Of a DNA stretch of 64,000 bases, positions 50,052 through 60,196 are shown one piece after another. The translations under genes and the position numbers were made by a program. Position 1 is the stretch's first letter. Each line of letters begins with the position of its first letter. The stretch is from an uncultured Eubacteriales bacterium. GTDB taxonomy: Bacteria > Bacillota > Clostridia > Lachnospirales > CAG-274. The DNA is taken from assembly GCA_902469905.1 (NCBI GenBank), contig CABREJ010000004.1, positions 108,554 to 172,553 of the forward strand, written 5' to 3'. The notes under the pieces are model-generated. The model did not search any database. It saw nothing but the letters and a program-made list of their open reading frames with translations, and was not told the DNA's origin.

Positions 50052-50810
50052 TCAATAATAACTCACCAATTGTTCAAAAGATACTACTATGCCTATCTGT
50101 TTTAATAATTCCTTTCTTTGAACATACAACTCATGTAACACTTCTTTGTATGAGGCGCCATAATGCAACATATTATGGCAATTACTACAAAGTGACACAA
50201 TATTTTGCTCTCTGTCCAAATCAATTCCTGGGAAATCACGATACGCCGATAATGGGATCAAATGATGTGGCTCTGTATAATTATCAGAACTATTTCTTCG
50301 TTTAAAAACAAAATGTGAATTATCTACTTCGCACAAATACTGTGCTCGCCTCAAAGCATTCTTCGACTCATTTTGTTTTCGTGGATATATGTATTGTGTT
50401 CTCTCCGCAATCAAAGGAGCCTCCCTTAAAGTAGTGTCATATTGAATTTCTTGATTGAAATGTTCGATAAATTGTCGTTCCTCTGTACTCTCCGTTTGGA
50501 AATCTTCTCTAATAATTTCTTTAGCCAAAATATGTTTAGCTTTTTCTCTTGCTTTTAGGTCTACGCGTTTGCTTTCTATGATAATACGTAATGCTTCCTT
50601 CTCCTGTCCCAACTCAAATATATGTCGAGCTCTTGGAATACGAAAGTTTTGACTTTCTGACTTCGATCCCGGATTTTCCAATAGGATCTTTTTGGCCAAT
50701 TCATCTTTTGAAATGGACGAATCTTTGAAATCATAATAAAAATTTACAAATACAGCTTTTCCAACTGCTGCTAACGTTTTATTTAAATCTTCATACTTTG
50801 TATCCTTCAA
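50052..50810 (-). CDS. HNH endonuclease domain protein with unknown N-domain
   Basis: C-term EPHHLIPLSAY...NIVSLCSNCHNMLHYG. Confidence 0.6.
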   Translation of the reverse strand: MKDTKYEDLNKTLAAVGKAVFVNFYYDFKDSSISKDELAKKILLENPGSKSESQNFRIPRARHIFELGQEKEALRIIIESKRVDLKAREKAKHILAKEIIREDFQTESTEERQFIEHFNQEIQYDTTLREAPLIAERTQYIYPRKQNESKNALRRAQYLCEVDNSHFVFKRRNSSDNYTEPHHLIPLSAYRDFPGIDLDREQNIVSLCSNCHNMLHYGASYKEVLHELYVQRKELLKQIGIVVSFEQLVSYY

Positions 50811-50821
50811 AACATCACCCC

Positions 50822-52780
50822 TCAGACTACTTCCATTCCAGTACTCTTCAAATATTGGAAAATTCTATCATAATATTCCCTGTTCCTTGACGGATCTTCA
50901 TCTGAACCTTCAGGAACATATATAATCAATCCCTGTCTTGCTCTTGTTAATAAAACTCTATAAGCATTTTTTAGATATCTCTGTCTTTGTTCCTGATTAA
51001 CATGGTTCCATTTCGTACCCCTGAACTTAAAATAATCAAAACCATCTCTCGTATACCTGAAATCTGCATCCCAGGCTAATACTGCATAATCGACCTCTAA
51101 ACCTTGCACTTTAAATTCAGACGCTGCCACTTCTAAATAATACGATGAGTCAACATTATCCTTTCCATTCAAAAACCACCCTACATGATTTATATCTGAT
51201 GGAACCCATATTCCTTCAGCTCGCAGTCTTTTCCCTTCTGAGCTTGCTAAAAGCCCATACCTTTCTGTCCCACGAGCCTTATCTTTTACCCATTTTTTTG
51301 CAATTTCAAAATTCCTTGTCAAAAAAATCGGATATGTTTGTTTAAGCTCATAATAAACACTTTTGGCATCATCTGCCCTTTCATCTAACAGCAATTTCAC
51401 GAAAAGAGCTAATTTTTCACTTCTGAATGAGCGTAGTGAAACTCCTAAATGCAAATCTGAAATGCAATGGTACTCTCGTCCATTCAATAATGTTGGGATG
51501 TCTGATTTCCCTACATATTCTGTATCTGTAATTTTATCCGACAGATAAATCTTCCAATCGGGATAATTATTTGCTAAAGTTTCAAACCAATCCTGAATTC
51601 CTGCTTCTCCGTTATATATTTCTTGTCCACCACCCACAAGACAAACTATAACGGCCCAATCTTCATGTCGGTCCATAATGCTAATCAAAAATTCAGGTTC
51701 TGACTGATTAAAATCGGGAATCCCTTTTTTTCGCCTCATAAAATCAGCAAGCGACTCTTTGTTCCATGCTCTTTGAGCCTCATCAAAAATAGCTACTTTC
51801 TCTACTGGTGCCATATCTGTTGTTAAAGCATCATCTCTAAATTTATGAATAATTTGAATAAAGGCTTTCGTTTCTCGAAGAGCATTTTTCTTAGTTATGC
51901 CTTCTCTCTCCGCGCGATCTATTGCAAGCGCATTTTGCAAAACATCAACTAGTGGACCATTTCCTGAAAGAAAAACAGCATGTTCATCTTCATTAAAATG
52001 ATGACGTTCGTTTGCTATATTCAAGCCTGCTAGAGTTTTTCCAGCACCAGGTACTCCTGTAACAAAGCATATAGCTTTTTTGCTATTTTTCTTACACTGA
52101 TCAATTATATTGGAAATTGCCTCTGTCGTTATTGTTAAATTCTTTGCACCAGCATCATTCCTAGAAATATCCTCGACATCATGTTTTCTATACAAAGCCT
52201 GCGCAGCTTCAATGATAGTCGATGTTGGAGCATATCTTGAATTTATCCACTCCAGTGCAGATAACGACGTATCATTAATTCTCGAAATGCTCTCTCGAAT
52301 AATACTGCCAATATTGTCTTCATTACAAAAAAGTGTGTTATGAATATTATCTGGCATACAATAATATTCATTCTGTTTTTCTACCGCCTTTGTTGAAACA
52401 TTGATCGGGACAAGATGCCTAGTCCTACTTTTATCATGAAAGTATTTCAAATCCAATGCATAATCCATCACCTGCTCTGTAGTAGATTTCTTATACTCTT
52501 TATCTCCAACCTTAAACTCTAAGAGAAAAATAATTCCTTCTATTATGCATATCACATCTACTCTGTGTCCCATTCTTGGTATGGTATATTCGAAAATAAT
52601 ATCACCTTGAGAAAATTCAGCTAATTGTTCCTTTAAAATTTGAATTTCCGATCTCCAAGCCATCTTTTGGAGATCGGTAGTCTCAAACTCGTCATTAATC
52701 AATAATTGGCCGAGAACAAGCTCATCATCCTCTAATATGAAGTTGTTTATAGAATTAAAATAGTATGCTCTTCGGCTCAT
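50822..52780 (-). CDS. DUF2075-like P-loop NTPase with N-terminal NERD/PD-(D/E)xK-like domain
   Basis: GHRVDVICII...LLEFK (D..ExK), Walker A GVPGAGKT, Walker B-like VAIFDEAQ, C-term LLTRARQGLIIYV. Confidence 0.55.
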   Translation of the reverse strand: MSRRAYYFNSINNFILEDDELVLGQLLINDEFETTDLQKMAWRSEIQILKEQLAEFSQGDIIFEYTIPRMGHRVDVICIIEGIIFLLEFKVGDKEYKKSTTEQVMDYALDLKYFHDKSRTRHLVPINVSTKAVEKQNEYYCMPDNIHNTLFCNEDNIGSIIRESISRINDTSLSALEWINSRYAPTSTIIEAAQALYRKHDVEDISRNDAGAKNLTITTEAISNIIDQCKKNSKKAICFVTGVPGAGKTLAGLNIANERHHFNEDEHAVFLSGNGPLVDVLQNALAIDRAEREGITKKNALRETKAFIQIIHKFRDDALTTDMAPVEKVAIFDEAQRAWNKESLADFMRRKKGIPDFNQSEPEFLISIMDRHEDWAVIVCLVGGGQEIYNGEAGIQDWFETLANNYPDWKIYLSDKITDTEYVGKSDIPTLLNGREYHCISDLHLGVSLRSFRSEKLALFVKLLLDERADDAKSVYYELKQTYPIFLTRNFEIAKKWVKDKARGTERYGLLASSEGKRLRAEGIWVPSDINHVGWFLNGKDNVDSSYYLEVAASEFKVQGLEVDYAVLAWDADFRYTRDGFDYFKFRGTKWNHVNQEQRQRYLKNAYRVLLTRARQGLIIYVPEGSDEDPSRNREYYDRIFQYLKSTGMEVV

Positions 52781-52790
52781 ATGTATCTCC

Positions 52791-54401
52791 TTATTTCTGC
52801 GATAATGCTTTATTAAGCTGACTAGCCAATTTCTTTGCTATAGCCTTTGCCATTATAGGTGGCACTGCATTTCCTACCTGCTGATATTGCTTGTCCTTTG
52901 TCCCACAAAAAACGAAGCTATCCGGAAAAGTTTGCAAACGAGCTGCTTCTCTTATACTTACTGCTCTGTCTTTTGTCGGATGTACCCACATTGATTTACG
53001 CACATTTACTACAGTACCAGACGGCTCATCATATTTTAAGCGAAGATAGATCGTATTCTGCGTTCTTGTAACATCTGTATACGTGTTTGTTTTCATTTCC
53101 TCAGATAAGGAATGAAAATTTTGTCCCTGATCTAATGCTTTAAAACGCGCCATAGCTGTTGGTGTCGTTTTAGTTATAATATGATTGTGCAATATCTCTG
53201 AGTCACGAAGTGTCAGTGCCAACTCACTCAAGCCAGTTTTAGCTTGTAGCTTTATGCCACTTTTATCATCAGATACATTATAGACCGGCTCAACATCTTC
53301 TAAATCTTTAATAGCGTCCTCAACTGTCCTATATGGACCGTCTTTATATTTTCCTTCTGGAAGTTTAACTACATCTGCAATATCTTTTCGAATACCAATT
53401 ATTACAAAACGCATTCTTTTTTGTGGAGCTCCAAATTGTGTAGCAGATAGAACATCAGCCGAAATAGCATATCCGTCGTCATCTTTGTCCCCCTGGAGCT
53501 TTGCCTTTAAATAATCAAAAACGGCATATGAACGTATGTTAGCAATCAGTCCTTTATTGTCGGTATAGCTATCAACCACAATATCATTTTCAAATATCTC
53601 CTGTGCCTTACTTATCATTCTTTGGTACATAATTGCTGGTTCAATTAATGCCTTGATCTGGGATTCTTTTATTTTCCCAGCGTAAAAATCTAATATTGCA
53701 TTAAACGCAATCCTATCAGCAACAATGATGGAATCATCCTCATCACCCTCTGTGTGCTTCTCTGATATTTTAATTAAGCGCGATCTGTGTTTTTCTAATA
53801 CATCTTTAAACTTAGTTGCATTCTTAGATGCTTTATAGATAACGTTCAATTCGAGATAATCGAAATCATCCCATTTATGTTGTTCTAGTTCTTGCTCAGA
53901 CTGCACAATATTAATTGCTCCATCAAACATAAACTCTGTATCAAGTAAAGGCAACTCTGTATTAGAAGTTTCAATCACATTGCTATCCACTAATTCTCGA
54001 TCATCTTCACATAAATAAAATCTATGAACATCTGATCTAAGCATACTCACATTTTCCATTACGAATGCTTTTGGTCTTAATTCCAGGATTGCTCTAATAT
54101 ACTGTTTCACCAGGGAATTATTCTGACTAATTGCATGATTCTTTTGCCTATTTGCATTAGAAAATCCCTGGCAAGGCGGTCCTCCAATCACAACATCAAT
54201 ATCGCCATATTTTTCTTTTATTTCTGCATAGTTAGCATCTCTAACATCACCAAATACAGCTACTCCCGGATGATTTTTCTTATAGGTTTCCTGCATTGCA
54301 GGATTAAATTCATATGCAACTTTTATATCGAATTTTTTTGTTTGCATAAATCCCAGGCTCAATCCCCCGGCACCTGCAAACAAATCTATTGTATTAAACA
54401 T
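52791..54401 (-). CDS. dcm: DNA (cytosine-5)-methyltransferase
   Basis: Motif I DLFAGAGG, IV GGPPCQGFS, VI ENV, VIII QKRMRF, X GNAVPP; large variable TRD. Confidence 0.9.
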   Translation of the reverse strand: MFNTIDLFAGAGGLSLGFMQTKKFDIKVAYEFNPAMQETYKKNHPGVAVFGDVRDANYAEIKEKYGDIDVVIGGPPCQGFSNANRQKNHAISQNNSLVKQYIRAILELRPKAFVMENVSMLRSDVHRFYLCEDDRELVDSNVIETSNTELPLLDTEFMFDGAINIVQSEQELEQHKWDDFDYLELNVIYKASKNATKFKDVLEKHRSRLIKISEKHTEGDEDDSIIVADRIAFNAILDFYAGKIKESQIKALIEPAIMYQRMISKAQEIFENDIVVDSYTDNKGLIANIRSYAVFDYLKAKLQGDKDDDGYAISADVLSATQFGAPQKRMRFVIIGIRKDIADVVKLPEGKYKDGPYRTVEDAIKDLEDVEPVYNVSDDKSGIKLQAKTGLSELALTLRDSEILHNHIITKTTPTAMARFKALDQGQNFHSLSEEMKTNTYTDVTRTQNTIYLRLKYDEPSGTVVNVRKSMWVHPTKDRAVSIREAARLQTFPDSFVFCGTKDKQYQQVGNAVPPIMAKAIAKKLASQLNKALSQK

Positions 54402-54413
54402 AGTTCCTCCATC

Positions 54414-56495
54414 TTACGCTTCAGTATTAAAGCCTTCTTCGGAGGCTTTGCGCAACAGTGCAAGTAAGCGTTTGCATTGATATGTATTTGGTATTTTAGC
54501 AGGCATTTTACATGCAATCGCTAATGCAGACACATCTGTAGGTGTAACCATATGATTTCTAACAACAAACTCCGATAATCGCATCCACATTTCTACAGGA
54601 CAATTAACAACCGTTGTCTGTGCCTGAATTTCATTTACAACCTTTTGCTCTTTCTTAGCGGATTTCTGTGCAGCCTTCTGTTCATCGATAGTAATTAAAC
54701 AATTCTCAATATCTTCAGGAATATCAATATGTATCTTCTTTACATCTTCCCAACAATCATTTCTCTTACACCACTGAGTAACGTTTGCGACTTTTCTTGA
54801 CAGATCAGTTATTCGCAGAAGGACCAACTCTGCCAATGCTATTAAAACTGTACCCACTTGTTCGGGCACACTCTGCCTATTCCATATCAACATCAAATCA
54901 AGTTCTTGTCCTTGATATTGGCTATGTAACAATCTTCTAAATTGTGCCAATGTGTAATATATGATATTTGCACGGTATCCACCCTCGTACCAAGGCTGTT
55001 TTGGTATAGTCTTCTCTAAATATTGGAACAAAAGAATCAAGGCTGCAGTAGTTTGGAAATATCTCTCATTAAACTGCTCCTCATTTGCATTCCATTGCTC
55101 ATCAATGTACTCTGCAAACGAATTAAAATTGGTCTGCGCACCCTTACTTACAACCTGAGGGAATCCTCTCCATGTATTCTGAACCTTTGCAAGATCTGTT
55201 TTCTTAATTACCTTATTTTTAGGATGTTGCAACTCAAATTGTTTTTTCTTTGCAGGTGTCAAGCGCATTTGTTCTTGCAGATATTGTCCTCTTGCTCTTT
55301 CATAAAACCATTTCGTTTCATACTGTGCGCCTTCAGATGCCGGTGCAAATAAGTGTCTTGATATTTGTTCCATACGACGATGAAATGGATGAGATGCAAA
55401 AAAGTCTGCATCACTAACCTTATTCTGACTGTTTGATGATCTAGAAATATTTCTGATCAACTCGTCTGACTCTTCTGGTGTTGATTCATCAATTGAAGTC
55501 AATTTCATTTGCACAAAAATAGATGACAAATCTGCTTTGTCTTTATATCTTGCATTTGAAATAGAGGCCGTTGTCTGTCCACCATTAATAATCTGAAAAT
55601 CTCTAACAAAGGTGATAAATCTTCCATGGTTTGTATCCTCTATCTCAACATCCATTGCAGTTGCTGATATACCGTTATTAAACGCAAAAAACATCTGCGG
55701 ATTGTTCAAGATAGTCCCTCTTATTTTCTTATTGACCGCCACTTTAGTAGATAAGAATGATCTGACATTTCCCTCTAAAAGTTTACTTCCATACTTGTCA
55801 TATATATCAGCCAAAACAGTTCCAGGAATTACTCCCAGATAGCTACTGTACTGTTCTGTAGACGCTGAGCTAGCTTCTATACACGGAATACCTTCACCAC
55901 AATATTTCTTAAAGTCAATCTCAATAATCTGACGGCCTTGCTCTGAACAACAGACTCTGAACAAACGATCAATATCCCATATCTGACCTTCTACCGGAAT
56001 AGAATTATAGTCATCAATTTCTACGGTCTTTATAGCAGCACTCATATCTGCATCGGTAAATACAAGAAAACGATATTTACGAATCGCCTTTTTGTTATAC
56101 CTTAAAAGATCTACTAAGTCTGCACATGGTGTACTCATCTCTATTTCTTGATATAAATTAGTTGTCAATGCTACATCAAGAAATTTCATAAGCAAGCCAA
56201 AATCCTTATTCGCAGCTGTTCCGGTAAGTCGGCGTTCCAAATCATTACCATCAAAATCCGCAATAATAAGATTCATCGTATTATCGAATTCATCGTATAC
56301 ATAACCGTCTACTCTATAATTACTACGCCCACTTTTGCCTTTATAAAAAGACGGTGTGAAATCTGATAACGCCTCAGCATCAATTAAATACTGAGCCATA
56401 TTATCTACAAAAGATGCACATGATCCTTCTCCAGTAACTGCTGCTGCAGTTTTTATACTCTCTATAAAATCTTTTTTAAATTCAGTAGAATCCAT
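54414..56495 (-). CDS. AIPR (abortive infection phage resistance) family protein
   Basis: 693 aa; FAFNNGISATA...INGGQTT motif block. Confidence 0.65.
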   Translation of the reverse strand: MDSTEFKKDFIESIKTAAAVTGEGSCASFVDNMAQYLIDAEALSDFTPSFYKGKSGRSNYRVDGYVYDEFDNTMNLIIADFDGNDLERRLTGTAANKDFGLLMKFLDVALTTNLYQEIEMSTPCADLVDLLRYNKKAIRKYRFLVFTDADMSAAIKTVEIDDYNSIPVEGQIWDIDRLFRVCCSEQGRQIIEIDFKKYCGEGIPCIEASSASTEQYSSYLGVIPGTVLADIYDKYGSKLLEGNVRSFLSTKVAVNKKIRGTILNNPQMFFAFNNGISATAMDVEIEDTNHGRFITFVRDFQIINGGQTTASISNARYKDKADLSSIFVQMKLTSIDESTPEESDELIRNISRSSNSQNKVSDADFFASHPFHRRMEQISRHLFAPASEGAQYETKWFYERARGQYLQEQMRLTPAKKKQFELQHPKNKVIKKTDLAKVQNTWRGFPQVVSKGAQTNFNSFAEYIDEQWNANEEQFNERYFQTTAALILLFQYLEKTIPKQPWYEGGYRANIIYYTLAQFRRLLHSQYQGQELDLMLIWNRQSVPEQVGTVLIALAELVLLRITDLSRKVANVTQWCKRNDCWEDVKKIHIDIPEDIENCLITIDEQKAAQKSAKKEQKVVNEIQAQTTVVNCPVEMWMRLSEFVVRNHMVTPTDVSALAIACKMPAKIPNTYQCKRLLALLRKASEEGFNTEA

Positions 56496-56516
56496 GTTAA
56501 CATCCTCCCATTTTTA

Positions 56517-57449
56517 TTACTTCTCCCAGCTTTTTATGCTAGGGATATCTATCTGATAAACAGCATTCGTTATTTCTGTCGGAACATCAACTCTCCGTAT
56601 TCTCGGAAATGATTCATTTACAGTGTATACTTGCTTTGAGGACACACTAAAATGCTGTTTATCATATTCTTTCATGTCAATATAACCTGCGGCACCAAGT
56701 TTTAATATTAGCTCATCTGGATTTTCGCCGTGTCGTGAAATCAACTCTATTACCTCATGAACCAATCCATATAACGTGAATGATTTTGGTTGATCCGGTG
56801 CACATTTATCGATACGATAAATAACCAATTCTCCTTCATCATTTCTATCTAATTGCTCAACAGAAGAAATTGATATTTCTGAAGATGAAGCACCTGTAGA
56901 TTTAATCTCATGCCAACAATCTGCATATACAAAATCTTGATCTGCTCCTTCTGAACCAACCCAACCTGCTAAAGCAACAGACGGTAGCATTCCATTTTCT
57001 ATTTTTTCCTTCAGGAACAACAACTCTCCAATGAGACCTTTCTGTGTATTACTACCTAATACCGCATTGCTTTTATGGTCTAATAGTTTTAACCATGCGT
57101 TATATCTGCACAATACTTTAAGCAATGCAATATCATCAGTTTCTACATTTGAATACTCGATAATATCTCCTGCCATTGTTATGAAAACATCTTCCTGTTT
57201 TCGATCCATCAATGTAAAGGAAATTGCATATTTTCCATCCTTCCTCTGATTGCATGAAGCATCGATACATTTTGACGAATCTATTTTTTTAATTGCCTTT
57301 TGGCTCACTATTACGACAGACTTATGCTCCGGTGTTGCATATCGAACATACCACTCAAGCGGATGTTTTACAGATAATTTCAATGCTCCACCAGAATAGT
57401 AATTAATAGTATTCCACTTTTCTCTTAATTCATTTTCTTTACCACTCAT
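56517..57449 (-). CDS. PD-(D/E)xK motif nuclease-like protein
   Basis: GELLFL...DQDFVYAD...WHEIKST arrangement (E...D...EIK). Confidence 0.5.
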   Translation of the reverse strand: MSGKENELREKWNTINYYSGGALKLSVKHPLEWYVRYATPEHKSVVIVSQKAIKKIDSSKCIDASCNQRKDGKYAISFTLMDRKQEDVFITMAGDIIEYSNVETDDIALLKVLCRYNAWLKLLDHKSNAVLGSNTQKGLIGELLFLKEKIENGMLPSVALAGWVGSEGADQDFVYADCWHEIKSTGASSSEISISSVEQLDRNDEGELVIYRIDKCAPDQPKSFTLYGLVHEVIELISRHGENPDELILKLGAAGYIDMKEYDKQHFSVSSKQVYTVNESFPRIRRVDVPTEITNAVYQIDIPSIKSWEK

Positions 57450-60196
57450 TATATATCCTCATCGTCATCATAATTGTCATAAAAGTCCACCCAATTTCGC
57501 AACTCAATTAAGTTAACCTTATAATTTGCAGTTTCAGTGGAGCCACTAGTTTTAGGAAATCCCACTCCTAACGCGAATAAAAATTCAGGTAAATCTTTAT
57601 TCTCAGACTTTGAATAATCGGCTTGTATTATATGTAGCATTAAAATTGGATTTCTATTGGCGATCAGATATGCTTTGTCCGGAATATTTTTCTTATTCTC
57701 ATTTCCAGGTATAGATCTATATACTTTTTCCGCATCTTGAATCTCGTCTTTGGATAATCCAATTCGTGTACATCCACCAGCTCCAACACGCAACTTAGTG
57801 CCACTCACACTGATCATTTTTTTATCAGCTAAAATTTTTCTTTTTTCTGTTCCTTCAATCTCCAGCATTTCATCACCGCACTTCAACGGTTCATTGAGCG
57901 GAATACCTGTTCCTGTTTTTATTAATACTACATCCCATCCATTGCTCCAATGATGGCTCTCTATAAATTCCGCAAGTGCTCTACCATTGAAACTCAAATG
58001 CCATGGATTTGTCTCGAAATCCAGCAACAATTGAGCCACATTATCTCCAGGAACATTTTTCCAATAATAATGTCCCTTCGTACGTTCTTCATCAAAAAAT
58101 CTGTCTCCAATACTACTCAACGAATTCACAAAATTCTTGAATGCAATCTCATTTGAAGCCAAAATATTTTTTGATGCTTTTAATCTAGGTGTCTCAAGTA
58201 AATTACCAGACACTGTAACAGGACATGTCAAATCAGTTGCTGTACGCATCTTGTTTCGTGCAGTCACAATTAATGCGCCAGGATCTTGTCGAACTTTTAG
58301 GCCAAAGTCTCTAGGAGTTTGATTTGCATTTCTCATTTTCGAGATTTCTTCCTTAAGTTCAGCTGTAGCTCTAGTAATTTGTCCATACCAATCGATAGCC
58401 TCTGGTGTCATCCATACCTTTGCAACATCTCCGTAATTTGGTCTATATCCAAACCAACGCCCCATCTGTAACAAAGTATCGTACATCTTTGTATTACGAT
58501 GAAAATATGTTACGCCAAGGCCCTCTAAGGTCAAACCTCTCGACATACTATTTCCACCTACAGCAATTACACGCAAACCATCATTCTTATGATTAAAATA
58601 ATCTAAACTTGCTGCACCAGTTTTCATATTTACTGCACGAACTTCAATAGGAGAAATTCCCTTGTGCAAATAATTTTTTAGTAAGTCTTCCCATTCTATT
58701 CCAACAATCCCACTCAAATGATATTTGTCCCAAACAACATGCATCGCTTTTATATTTTTTATTTTTTCACTTTGAGAAAGTGATAATTTAGCGTAGTTTC
58801 GAACATCCGATTTCACCTGATCTAACCACACATTCAGCATTTCTTGTATCTGATTTTGAACATTGGTATAAAGGCTTATATGTACCATCATAGATCTATG
58901 TTCTGTAAGATCACCTCTATAGTCGCGAATTGCATTTAATAACAAGAAATAATATGTAGCTTCATATAAATCCTCAGGTAAATCTTCTACCACAAAGTCT
59001 TTTTTATGTTTTGGAGGAAAGCACGCTTCTAACTCTTCTATATCAATCTCCTGAAGCATGTGATCACTATCAGAATTTTCTCCAAATATTCTATCAGCCC
59101 CAATATAATTAGTTGGAGCAGATAGTGCATAGATAAAATCTGCCGGAAAGAGATCATCGTCTTTTTCCGGATCGATAAATATATTTGCAAAAGGCGTCGC
59201 AGTAATACCTAAATACGTAGTTTTACTGAATAGATTCAACAAACGTCTAATACAGTCATTAATTGCTGCAGGCTGAGAATCTTCGTCTTTTGTATTAACT
59301 GATGCGTTATCAGCCTCATCATCAATTAGCATGAGAGGAATATCAATCTGTCCAGCGGCATTTTGCGTGTTATTATCTGATAGCCACTTGATCAAATTAT
59401 TTAAAATTCTTTTATTCTTCTTCACCACTAAAATAACAGGGCAATTAACGTTTTCGATACCCAAATTATTGTTTCTAAGAATACCGCTATCAAAATCTTT
59501 GGTCACGGAAGTAAATGCAACGATTTTTTTATCTGTTCCGTATCTTCCTACACCAACCGGCTGATTCTTTATACCCTGTTCGGCTTTAGGATCCAGATAA
59601 TATTCGCTCTTTCTTCCGGTACATTCAGCATCCAATCTTTCTTGTGTTTGCTTACGCAAATTCTCCTGCATACCAGCTAAGACAATAATAATTCGATAAC
59701 CCGTGTCCGCTGCTTTATTACAAATGGCTGTGTAGTTAGCAGTTTTGCCTGACTGCACATCTCCTAGCACCAGACCTTTTATTGCAAAATGATCTTCTGA
59801 CGGATCACCACATAAATCTAATATTTCATCAGAAACTTTTCCAAGATTTGTTGTAACTCTCGGATTCCAATGTTTAATTTCTTCCAGATACTTCTTATAT
59901 CTGTTCCAAAAGAAGAAGTCGAAGTCGGCTCTCTTTGAAGGTAACCATGACTGATACCCGTTATTACGATCGTTAATATATACCCCAATATCCATCTGGA
60001 TTACTAATGATTGCTTGAGTCTAGAAATTATCTCTGCAAATTCATCATCAGAAACCGGCATAATAGGCGCATTTGCATTTCTTAACAAAGTGGCTTTCTC
60101 CAAAAATTCTTCTTCTGTAGGTGGAACTTCCTTATAAATATTGTTAACAAATGCGGAGATTATATTTTCTAATTGTTCAACATATGGATTAATCAT
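57449..60196 (-). CDS. Z1 domain protein (P-loop)
   Basis: 915 aa; GDVQSGKTANYTA Walker A, DDEADNAS Walker B-like. Confidence 0.65.
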   Translation of the reverse strand: MINPYVEQLENIISAFVNNIYKEVPPTEEEFLEKATLLRNANAPIMPVSDDEFAEIISRLKQSLVIQMDIGVYINDRNNGYQSWLPSKRADFDFFFWNRYKKYLEEIKHWNPRVTTNLGKVSDEILDLCGDPSEDHFAIKGLVLGDVQSGKTANYTAICNKAADTGYRIIIVLAGMQENLRKQTQERLDAECTGRKSEYYLDPKAEQGIKNQPVGVGRYGTDKKIVAFTSVTKDFDSGILRNNNLGIENVNCPVILVVKKNKRILNNLIKWLSDNNTQNAAGQIDIPLMLIDDEADNASVNTKDEDSQPAAINDCIRRLLNLFSKTTYLGITATPFANIFIDPEKDDDLFPADFIYALSAPTNYIGADRIFGENSDSDHMLQEIDIEELEACFPPKHKKDFVVEDLPEDLYEATYYFLLLNAIRDYRGDLTEHRSMMVHISLYTNVQNQIQEMLNVWLDQVKSDVRNYAKLSLSQSEKIKNIKAMHVVWDKYHLSGIVGIEWEDLLKNYLHKGISPIEVRAVNMKTGAASLDYFNHKNDGLRVIAVGGNSMSRGLTLEGLGVTYFHRNTKMYDTLLQMGRWFGYRPNYGDVAKVWMTPEAIDWYGQITRATAELKEEISKMRNANQTPRDFGLKVRQDPGALIVTARNKMRTATDLTCPVTVSGNLLETPRLKASKNILASNEIAFKNFVNSLSSIGDRFFDEERTKGHYYWKNVPGDNVAQLLLDFETNPWHLSFNGRALAEFIESHHWSNGWDVVLIKTGTGIPLNEPLKCGDEMLEIEGTEKRKILADKKMISVSGTKLRVGAGGCTRIGLSKDEIQDAEKVYRSIPGNENKKNIPDKAYLIANRNPILMLHIIQADYSKSENKDLPEFLFALGVGFPKTSGSTETANYKVNLIELRNWVDFYDNYDDDEDI

